The translations under genes and the position numbers were made by a program. Positions 46,501 through 58,500 of a stretch of DNA of 64,000 bases are shown here, piece by piece. The notes beneath the pieces are model-generated. The model ran no database searches, had not been told where the DNA came from, and saw nothing but the letters and a program-made list of their open reading frames with translations. The stretch spans positions 786,345 through 850,344 of the forward strand of contig CAJINV010000006.1 in the NCBI GenBank assembly GCA_905178155.1, read 5' to 3'. Origin of the DNA: Amoebophrya sp. A120 (Eukaryota > Protista > Dinoflagellata). Within the stretch, counting starts at the first letter, position 1. Each line of letters starts with the position of its first letter.

Positions 46501-49500
46501 GTTACACATGACACAGAAAATTTGCCATGCGGGCTTCCCAAGGGAAAACACGCTGAAAAATCCAATGTCTTGCAGGTGTAGCAAGACAAATCGTTCTGTG
46601 CTCCATTCTCTGCATCACAAGTTCACAGTGAAACAGTTTTTTCTTGCGATAATGACGCACGTCGTCTGTCCGGTGGACTGCGTGATGGAGCAGTGGTCGG
46701 CCTGTATCAAAGAAAAAAACGTTGTTAGTGTAAATTTGTGATGCGCAACACGCAAGATGATTGCGTCTGTCATGCTTGGCGTGCATCATAGGGTCCATTA
46801 AAGGGCGTTTTGCCGTACTATCCGCGCATGACAGGTTTTTGCTGTCATGCCAGACAAATTTGTAATGCTGTTCCTCCAAAAAAGTTACACCTACAATGTT
46901 TTTTTCTTGGATAGCCTGGGGAGCGTGCACAGTATCCTGTGCAAAAGTATTGTACTCGTATTGCAATCATGCATTGCAAATTTTTTTCTTGTGGTAAATC
47001 AGCATTACAAATTTAATTTCTCATGCTGAGGAAATTTGTAATGCATTTAATAATATACAAGTCGGACGCTTTTGCATTGCATACACGGCCACGTGCTATG
47101 ACGACTTGGAGGACGACAACCAAGAGCAGCGGCCCACCAAAACGCGGATATCAAAAGCAAAAATCCCCCCTCCCCATATCAAAATGGAATTTCTGATGCT
47201 GGATTTGGATACAGAAATCAAATCTGTGTTGCATCAGAGGACTGAACGCAGAGCCTGAGCCTAGACACGGGCCTATTTGTGTAGGCGCATTGCATGGTAG
47301 ACGGCTACCCTGTGGGCCTTACAGCATTACAAATCGCCTGCGTAACGTGGCGCACAGCCTGCGCGGGCTTTCTTGCAAGACAGACCCGATTTGTGGTGAC
47401 AAATCTGCATCACAAATTTTCAGAAGCATGTGCTTGCAATATGGGAAGGGGGGACTTTTCCATGCAACAGCGGACGCGCGGCATTCAAGTGCCGCAGGCC
47501 GGAACGGGTGCGGAGTGCGGGGAAGGATCCGAAACTATCAAAATGAAAAATCCCCCCTCCACATATCAAAGTCGAAATCTGTGATGCGGGATTTGTGTAT
47601 ACAATTACAAATCAGCTGTGTCTTGCAGTAGAGGAACGCAGGCAGATGCAAAGCCTGGGCGGGGATTTTCTGACGTAGGCACTTAGCACGACAGAGATCC
47701 CCCCTGTAGGTCTAGCAGCATCACAAACCGCCTGCAAAATGCGGCGAAGTGTCTGGGTTTGCCTTCTCGCAATACAGAGACGATCTGCGGCCACAAATCA
47801 GCATCACAAATTTTCAGAAGTGTCCCCTTTTGGTATGGGGAGGGGGGATTTTTCCTCACGATAGAAACGAGCGTCTGTACCGACAAGCCGTACTGTCCGG
47901 TCGATTGCGTCACCGGGAGGTGGACACCCTGGTCCGCGTGTCCGGTCACGTGTGGCTATCCTGAGTAAAAACGTACCCACACCAGAGTTGTAATGCAGAT
48001 CTGCAAAGACAGGAAAACTTGTAATGCGCATCCCCATGAGAGCCATTTCCAATCCTGTTTTGGAATTTGTGATGCTGTGAACAGGACGAGCAGACGAATC
48101 TGTGATGCGGCTGCACTTGCTAACCTGACTACACTGCATAGCGCAACTTGTCATGCGTGACTCACAAAACTCCTAGGTTTGTGTTGCAAAATCCTCATCC
48201 TGACTCTGGTGTCGTGAGTACGTTTTTACTCAGGATAGTGGCCAAGGCACGATCACCCGAACCAAGCCCATTCTGCAGGAAAGAAAGCACAACGGCGGAG
48301 AATGTGGCCAGGTCTTCGACTCGAAAGGCTGCGACCAGGGTCCGTGCCCCGTGGACTGTCGCCAGAGCGAGTGGTCCGAATGGGGCGACTGCGACAGAAC
48401 GTGCATCGACGTGCGGCGCGAGTACTACCGGCTGGGAAACCCGGGCGCTGTGTGTCAAAGTGAAAAATCCCCCCACCCCATACTCAAACTAGAGACCTGT
48501 GATGCAGATTTGCGGCCACAAATCAGCTTTGTCATGCTAGAAGGGAAAAGATGGAAAACCTTGCATCTTCAGCATCACAGGGGGCAGCTGGAAGTGGGAA
48601 ACAGCATAACAAATTGCCTGCAACCGAGGCCACAGCTGCGTCCCTTGGCCTTCTAGCATTACAAGTCGATTTGTGTACCCAAATACAGCATCACAAATTT
48701 CGTTTTCGATATGGGGAGGGGGGATTTTTCCTTTTGATACTGTGGACTGCGCGACCAGCGCAGATGCGGAGACGAGAGATGATTTTTCCAACGATTTTAT
48801 CGTGAGAGAAACGTGTTACAGTTACACATTGTGTTGCAAGCCAAGCAAGACGGACAACCTCTGTCATGCTAGAAATGCCTTGTTCGTTTTATTCCCTTAT
48901 GATCTTTGCATTGCACGTTTCCTCTCTGCTCATGCGGAGAAAATCTGTGTCGCTAAATTGCCAAGAGATGTGTAACTGTAACACTTTTCTCGTTGCTGGA
49001 TAGATTTTTCCCGAGACGGGAAGTGGAACCCCTCGAAGGGAATCTACCAAACCTACACGCAGCAGGAGTGCGGTGCGGCGGCCGAATTAGTTGCGTCGAA
49101 TCCGTTTTACCAGTTCTTCGACCGAGGTAACACGAAACTCTGCGGGTCGGGCCAAACTTGCCAGTTTCAGCACTACGACACTGTTTCCGGCACCATGGTG
49201 GACAACAAGGTTGGGTATTCCCTTCCGCGTTTGGAAAAAATGAAAGCGCGCATCACCAATCCCTCCAACGTAGTTGTGACTTATGAAAATGTCGGGGAGG
49301 GCATGTGCGGCACGCATAAGGTATGAACTGCAAAAGTATCGTACTCGTATAATGCATTACAAATTTCCCCAGCGTGAGAAATAAAATTTGTGATGCGGAT
49401 TAACCTTAAGAAAAAAACTTGACTACGAGTACGGTAGTACTTTTGCACAGGATATAAGGGGCCGATCTTTGACGTCGACTGGTGGGAGCAACGCTACTGG

Positions 49501-52500
49501 CACTGGGATGACCGGAATGACAACAACGCTTCTCCCGCCCCCCTGCCCGATGAGTACTTCGCCGCGGCACAAAGCATGTGCGAACAATCGTGCACGAACA
49601 GTGAGTGGGCGGAAACCTGGGACGGAAACGCGATCGCAGCTTGGGAAACCCTGAATGGCCTGTCTTGGGCCGCGTGGCGCCAAAGCCACGTAATCGAGGA
49701 GACGTGCACGGGGTACAACTTCAACGGCGCCTGTTTGATTTTCGTGAGACAGATCCCGACCAAGGGCATGGGACAGGAGCAGCCCGATGCAAGTTGGGGC
49801 GATAACGAACTCTGGACTAACCTGCAGCTCCCGACCGACCAGCAAGTATCCTGCGCAAAAGTATCGTACTCGTATTGCAATCATGCATTTACAAATCCTT
49901 CTGTTAAGGTAAATCGGCATTACAAATTTTATTTGTCATGCTGAGGAAATTTGTAATGCGAGTACGATACTTTTGCAGTTCATAGCAACTCGTCTTAGAC
50001 GATGTCCACTCCTGGGCGATGGGCAGGGTGGCAGACTGCATGCGGAAGGACACAACGGTATCACCCGGCGACGAACTATCTCAGTGCAAACCAGCCCTGG
50101 CGGATACCAACCCCGTGCCGAATGGCGACAGCGCGACGGCAAGGCGGAAGTGGGGCGGCGTGCCGATTGGGTGTTCACTGGAAACGGAGAACTTCGGGTA
50201 CATGTACACGCGGATTGAAATATCGTAAGGAAAAATCCCCCCTCCCCATATCGAAAAGGAACGCCTCAGAAAATTTGTGATGCTGATTTGTGGCCACAAA
50301 TGGTGTTTGTCTTGCAGGAAAGCAACGACGTGCACTCCGCCCCATTATGCAGGCGGTTTGTAATGCTGTTGGTCCTACAGCATAGACGTTCCTCATGCTA
50401 AGTGCCTAGGCCTAAACCTCTCCACATTGGCACGATGTGTGCCTGCAGTCCCCTACTGCAAGACAAATCTGATTTGTGTACGCAAATCCAGCATCAGAAA
50501 TTTCCTTTTGATATGGGGTGGGGGCTTTTTTCACTTTGATACGAAAACACCGAGTCCAATTTCATCAAAGACATTAACCCTGACCAAGCCGGGGATCAAC
50601 CCTACTACGACGCGGCAGACAACACCTGTGTTTCCTCCCATTTCCAGCCCGTCTGCAAAAAGAAGAGCCTGGACGGCACGAACTACGGGTGGCGGTCGAA
50701 GACACGGGAGATCACGCGTATGAATGAGCACAACGGACAGGCCTGCGACACCCACCACGCCGTGCAGGAATGTGATGCGGATGCCAAGATCTGCACCCGA
50801 AGGGACAAGTGCCCGGGCCTGCAGCCGTGCCCGATCGATTGCGAAATGAGTGAGTGGTACTGGATTGACGCTGGTTATCGAAAGGAAAAATCCCCCCTCC
50901 CCATATCAAAATGGCAATCTGTGTTGCGGGATTTGTGTGCACGGATCAGCTTTGTCTTCCAGTAGAGTACTGCAGGCAGATGCAAAGCCTGGAAGGGGCT
51001 GGCTAGAGGTGGGCGCTCAGCATGGCAGACGTCTGCCCTGTTGGCGCAGCAGCATTGCAAATCCCCTGCGTAAAGCGGCGGAAGCTCTGGCTTTGCTCTC
51101 TTGTGAGACAGACCTGATTTGTGGCCACAAATCAGCACTGCAAACTTTCAAACAGATGTCCTTTTCATATGGGGAGGGGGGATTTTTCCTTACGATACTG
51201 GTTGCTCCGTGACTTGTGGCGGCGGCATCCGGCGGCAGGGCCGGCACCTGCTGCAAACCGCGCTGTTCGTATGGATTGCGAATATGTCTTGGTCTGACTG
51301 GAAGATTGCAATCTGTCATGCTAAATCCGAATCATGCGAAAATCTGTGTTGCACGAGTGCCAAAAGCTGTCCACGTTCGACCAAGCTGGGATCAGGGAGT
51401 CTCTCATGCAGGATAGGCACGACAGAGATCTCACAGAGTCTGTCACGCGAGGTCCCGCATTCCAGACAAGATGGGTCATGGAAAACCTGCATGACAAGTT
51501 TACTTACACTCTTCCAGACATCCAGGGATATTTGCAGTTGATAGTTCGGGGGCACTTGCAAAAACACGGACTGGAACGGCCCGGGAAAGCTGTCGCACGT
51601 CCAGGAAATTGAGTGCGGCACCGGCATATGCATTGCAAGTTTCGATCTGGGAGGTCTGGATTTGTGATGCGAGATTTGGAGGACAAGAACATCTGTAATG
51701 CATCAAGACCAATCGCCGGTTTCATTTCTCCATCTTGTCGTTCTTTTGGAAGACGAAGATGGCTGTTTGTCATGCTAATTTCTTAAAAACGAATGAATCT
51801 ACTTTATCTTCCGCAAGTAGCTGAGGAAAACTTCTCATGCTGTTATGCCGTACAAGCAGCCAGCCTGCAATGCAAGTACCAGCAACAGAAGTTTAATTTA
51901 TCAGACCCAGACCGATATTCGCAGTGGATACAAAGTTTGCCCCCAAGATTGCGAGGTTGGGCCTTGGTACGACGATCTCGCGGACCCTTGCACCGTGAGT
52001 TGCGGGGGCGGTACGAAGGGCCAGAAGCGCGACGTAACGCAGGAGCAAATTGGCGGCGGCGCGGGGTGCCCGTCACAGACTCGCACGGTCACCTGCGCTT
52101 CGAACGGGTGTCCGGTAGACTGCAAAGTGTCATCGTGGCAACCGGAAGAGAATGCGGTGTGCAGTGAGCCTTGCAATAGGGGTATCCAGTGCAAATATCG
52201 ATCTGGCGGTCTGGAAACCTGTGATGCTGAAACGCGGATGAGTGAAAGAACGCTTGCAATGGCAGTCAGGCATGACAGCTTTTTGCTTTTGGAACGGATT
52301 CTAATGCCTAGCAGGCATGACAGATTCCGTTATTTCTGTATGACAAAGCAAGCTGCTCTTTTGCTGCTCTTGCAACACAGATTTTTCAGAAATGCAACAC
52401 CTGCATTACAAGTTTCAGCTTTTCAGACCCAGACATATTTGAATATGATAAGAAGCGGGTTCATCGACATGGAGCGGAGTATCCTGATATCGTTCGGAAA

Positions 52501-55500
52501 ACGTATCGTACTCGTATTGTAATCATGCATTCCAAATTCTGTTCCTAAGGCAAATATAGCATTACAAATTTTATTTCTCATGCGGAGGAAATTTGTAATG
52601 CATTTATACAAGTATCGGATACTTCTGCAATTCATACCTGATCGGCGCCCAGAACGGTGGGAAATCCTGCAGCGATTTCCAAAAGTGCACGGAGGGGAGG
52701 CACCAATTTGACTGCTTGACTTTATGGCGTTCTCAACTGTTACATTCTCAACTGTTACATGAATTTGTCATGCAAAAACAGCAATAGGGAAACGAAAGGG
52801 GAAAGCTTGCAAGTCTTGCATCACAAATTTGGCACGGATTTAGATGCTGTTTAGCACTTCGATAATTTGTCATGCGAAGCAGCTTGATCGTCTTCCGGCT
52901 CATGGTCATTTTGCGTTACAAATCATGTAACACTTGAGAGTGTAACGTTTGAGAACGCCATAGACTTGGCGAAAGCCGTGTAACCGTGACATCGAGTGTC
53001 CGGTCGACTGCGTGATGAGTGAGTGGACGGATTCCGGTGGGTGTCTGCAGGACTGCGACGAGTCGTCTCGGTTGCAAACCTATTACAATGAAAAATACCC
53101 CCACCCCCGAACTTGGGAGATTTGTATTGCAAACCTTTCCAAATGAAACATTCGCCCTCTTGCATCTATCAGCATCACAGGTTTTGGGTCGTGAATAGCA
53201 AAAATTTGTATTGCAAGAGACCCCAGTAAGAGCGGCGCTTGTCATGCAACCGATGCGATACCGATACACGCCTAGACTCTGCATCAGAAAGATTCATACC
53301 CCTTTCATGCATGACAAACAGTTTTCATTTGGAAACTTCGCATCACAAATTTTTGCAACTTTGGGGGTGGGGGCATTTTTCACCGTAATAAAACCCGTTG
53401 GACCGAGGTGTCGCCGAATCCCAGTGGCCAGCAGTGCCCCGACAAGCGGTCTCGCACGGTGGTGTGCCCACTGTGCAGTAACGACCCTGACGACTCCTAC
53501 TGCAAAAACGAGTGCGCCCGCAGCTGCGTCATGTCCGACTGGGAGCTGCCAGACAATGCGGAGTGCTCCAAAACCTGCGGCGAGGGGACGGTCACGTGGC
53601 AGCGAACCATCACTTTCGAGGGAAACCAAAACGACTGCGGCGCATTGACGCAGCAGCGGTCTTGTGAGGAGAGCGACGGTGGCGTTTACGACTACCAGCT
53701 CAACTGCCCGATCGACTGCGAGTTGAGTCAGTGGGCCACCGGTGACAACGCGTGCTCGAAGACTTGCGGGACGGGTACGATAATATGGCAGCGGTCCGTT
53801 GCCAAATTCCCCGATCACGGCGGCGCAGAGTGTGAGAAGAAGGACGGGGTGACCTGGCTCGAGGATGTGCGCGCTTGCCAAGGTCCGGAGTCGATTGCGG
53901 CCGTATGAACTGCAAATATGCGTCGGGTCTGGGAGATAGTTGCGAGATTTGTCATGCTAGTCTGGCATGACTCAAGAATCTGTGATGCATGGGCGCGAAG
54001 CGGTCCTCCCACCTGTCATGCAAAAACGCAGTTTGCCATGCGGAACGCGCAACACATAGGAGCCCGAAAATTTGTGATGCTTGGCTCCGTATTGCAGTAG
54101 AACTCTCATCCATTATTTAGCATTACAAGTTTCATCCAGACCCAGACACATTTGCAATGCATAGGCCGTGGACGAGAACGACGTGGCAAAGACGGATCAG
54201 TCTTATGTGGAAAACTGTCCCGTGGATTGCGAGATGACGGCCTGGGTCCGCGACGACCTTTCTACGTGCACGGTAACGTGCGGTGGCGGCAAGTTGACTT
54301 CGCGTCGCTCGGTTATCCTGTGCAAAAGTATCGTACTCGTAGTAATCGCAAACATGCATTACAAATTTCTTTCTCAGGTTCAATCCGCATTACAAATTTT
54401 ATTTCTCATGCTGAGAAAATTTGTCATGCGATTTATACTAGTACGATGCTTTTGCATTTCATATCGGTGGCTCGAGAGCCAAACTACGGCGGCCAGGCGT
54501 GCCCGACAGACACGGAGAAGCAGGTAAACTGCAATACACACGGCTGTCCAGTTATGGGAGTGTCAGATTTGAAATCGACAAAGTTGAAATAACTTGTAAT
54601 GCATAAAATCGATACCAGTTGGAAGCCCAATTTTCAAGCGGTGCATGACAAATTTCGGCACCGTAGAAATCCAGTTTGTCATGCTGTTACGGGACAGAAG
54701 GCGCCTTTTGTGATGCTACTTTAGCAGCTCTACCGCAGACCCCAAAGAAACAGGCTGACAGTCGGCCTCACTTGCCGTCCCTGCAAGAGAGGCACTTCAT
54801 GCCTTGCAATTTATGCATGAGAAATTATTTCAACTTTGACGATTTCAATCCTGACGCTTCCATACCAGTGGATTGCGTGATGAATGAGTGGGTGGAGCAA
54901 GGTATTACTTAGAAGTAGAATTGAGTTCTTGATACTTATTTACCATCCATAATGTTTCGTTTCTCTTTCTTCATTGATTAGTTTATGGTTACCGTAATAG
55001 TACTCCTAGAGTACTATCAGTGTCAACACAAATGACTTTTCACCCCACGAAACCCAGGTGCCTGCACCGTGACCTGCGGTGCGGGTACAATTACCATCGT
55101 GCGCACTGTGCAAACCCCGGCCGCGAACGGGGGCGAGGAATGCCCGGACGATGAGAATCCCGCTGCCCCCTGCTACCTGCTGAACCCGGAGTATCCGAAG
55201 AACTGCCCCCAGGATTGCGAGCTAGACCCCTGTATGGATTGTAAAAATGTCTGGGTCTCGAAGGTTGGAACTTGTAATGCTAGCTTTCCATACCTAGAAA
55301 ATCTGTATTGCATTTATAACCAACAAAAATCGCAGCCTCTTTTGTCATGCAAAAAGAAAAACGCAGTTTCTCATGCGGATTGCCTATGAGAAAGCGTTTT
55401 CGGAATTTGTCATGCCGGACTGCATTCGGAAGTGTTTTCATCATGCACATTTTAGCAACACAAGTTTCCAGACCCAGACATTTTTGCATTTGATACCCTG

Positions 55501-58500
55501 GGTCCCCGGCGATTGCTCCGAGACCTGCGGCGACGGGGTGCGGACCTTCACGCGACAGATTATTGTGAGGAAAAATCCCCCCTCCCCATATCAAAACGAA
55601 GTTTCTGATGCTGGATTTGCGTACACAAATCAGATTTGTGTTGCTGGAGAGGACTGCAGGCCTATACGAAGCCTGAGTGGAGAGGTTTTGGGCTAGGCGC
55701 TGAGCATAGCAAACGTCTAGTCTGTAGGGCCAACAGCATCACAAACCGTTTGCAGAATGCGGCGGAGCCTGTGGAGTTGCGTTCTTGCAAGACAGAGACG
55801 ATTTGTGGTCACAAATCAGCATTACAAATTTTCTGCGAAGTGCCTTTTCGATATGGGGTTGGGGAGGGGGCATTTTTCCTTCTGATACAGATCCGGGTCC
55901 CCCCGGCCTACGAAGGCGCCGCGTGCGGAAACCTGACCAAGACCGAGCCTTGCAAAGAGAAGGAGTGCCCGGTGCATTGCGAACTGCATCAATGGAGCTC
56001 GTGGGGTGCCTGCGATACCACCTGCGGGCCCTATGCATTGCAAATATGTCTGGGTCTGGAAGATTGCAACTCGTCATGCTAAGTCCGAAGCATGCAAAAA
56101 TTTGTGTTGCATGAGCGCCAATAGCTGTCCACTTTCGACCAAGTTCGGAGGGAGTTTCCCATGCAGGACAGGCATGACAGAGACCTCGCAGAGTCTGTAA
56201 TGCTAGGTCCCGCATTCCAGACCTCATGGGTCATGGAAAATATGCATGACAAGTTGGATTCTTCCAGACCCAGACATTTTTGCAGTTGATAGGCCCGGCG
56301 TGCAGACAAGGACGAGGGAGATAAAGGTTCATCCGGACTATCAACTGTAAAAATGTCTGGGTCTGGAAGAATCCAACTTGTCATGCTGATTTTGGATTCT
56401 AAAAAAATCTGTATTGCATGAGCAGCAAAGAGAGTGCAAATTTTGCAGCACGAAAAGGGCATGTGTCATGCGGAATAGGCATCAGAAAGCCCTCTCAAAA
56501 TCTGTGATGCTAGGGCATGCATCACAGACTTGAGGAGTCATGCAAAATATGCATGACAAACCCGGCAATCTTCCAGACCCAGACATTTTTACATTTGATA
56601 CGGACCTATCCTGGGCAAGAAAAACGTTCTCACCTCATAGTCAAGTAGATGGGAAAAAATCTGCTAGACAAAGCACCCAGCTTTGGTTGTTGCGCATGAC
56701 AAGCCTGGAGGCCTCTTAGCGTAGTCCTGTTTATCTCCTTCAGGAGCGTCACAGATCTACCCTCTGACGCTGAGCGGAGCATGACACATTCCGAAGCACG
56801 ACCTAGAAAATGCTTCTCATGGGGTATCTCCGCATGAGAAGCATTCTCAGCGTGCAGATTTGCGTTGCAACTTTGGGGTCGTGGGGACGTTTTTACTTAC
56901 GATAGCTTCACGAAGGAAACGCATGCGACCACCCACTGGAAACCCGTGGTTGCCTGTGGCAGACCGAGGCCGGATGGGAACCTCAGGCCACGGCGCGGCC
57001 CTGCGATGTCGACTGCGTCCTCTCGGATTGGCTGGTGCCAGACACGATCGAGGGGAGAAAAGCCATTTGCAGCGCCAGTTGCGGGTCTGCCAGTACCATG
57101 ACGGTGTTTCGGGAGGTTGAGGTGGCCGGCAATCCGCCGTGGGGAGAAGAGTGCGACCCGGTCCGGGAAAAAACCATGCCCTGCGGCTTGCCGGAATGCC
57201 CCGTGGACTGCCGGCTCTCGGAATGGACGCCCATGTTTCCGGATTGTGCGCCCTCCTGCGGCGATGACCGGACGCGGACGCGGAACCGCGTGGTGGAGCA
57301 GCCGATGCTGCACGGCGGCCGAACGTGCGCCGAAGTGGACCAGAGCGGCAACAGTGGGGCGCTGCAAGAGGTGACGGACTGCCCCGTACTCGGGTGTCCT
57401 ATCCCACGAAAAAACTGTTTGTGTTTCACTGTGATGATTTTGCAAGATCTGCATCACAAGTTTGTTACACATGACACTGAAAATTTGTCATGCGCGCATT
57501 TCCCATAGGGAAAAACATGGTTCAAACTCCAATGTTCTATGCGGGTGTAGCAAGCCAAATAGGTCTGTGTTCCATTTTGTGCATCACAAGTTCACAGTGA
57601 AACAGTTTTTTCTTGCGATATCTCCGGTGGACTGCGTAATGTCGGACTGGACCACCACCGGCTGCAGCAAGACCTGTATGAGAGTGCACAACCCCCCCTC
57701 GTTCTCATTTCTCATGCAAAGCACCAACTCCAAAGTGTCCCTCCTGTCACTATATGCATGACAAGTTCTAGCAGCTCAAATAGCACTACGCTCCAGTGGA
57801 AATTTGTCATGCAAAACCGGCATTCTTGCTGATGCTCGTATTCCCGTTCACGCTATAGGAATGAGGGGGAGCAGGGGGAGTTGTGCCCTGTCATATCCTG
57901 CGGCCAGGGCACAGAAACGTTTACGCGGACCGTAGTCGTACCCGATGCAAATGGGGGAACCGCGTGCGGCCAGCCCACAAACACCACGACGTGCTTTCTG
58001 CGGCATTGCCCGGTCGACTGTGATCTCGGCCCGTGGCGCAACCAGCCAGACACGGACTGCACGGAGACGTGCGGCGACGCGGGCCTGCAATCGCAGATCC
58101 GGGACATCCAGACGGATCCGCTGCACGGCGGCGCTTCCTGTGCGGAAGTCGATCCGTTCAGCCTCGACGGCAGCACGACACGAGACGTGCCGTGTAACCG
58201 GGAACCGTGTCCTATCCACTGCGTCGTCACCGAGTGGTTCGACACTTCGGATTGCACGCTGTCCTGCAACGGGGGGCAGAAGATGCAGCGGAGAAACATC
58301 ACGACGCCGGCCGATCACGGTGGAACCGCGTGTCCTACCCTGTTGGAGCAACAGGTTGCGTGCAACAACCAGCTATCCAAGAGAAAAACTGTGTAAGTGT
58401 ACTAGTTCTGTGATGCAGAAGATGCAAAAGAGTATACCTTTGTCATGCCAGACACCCAAAAATTTGTAGTACGTAAATGTTAAAAGTTTGGTCCTATGGC

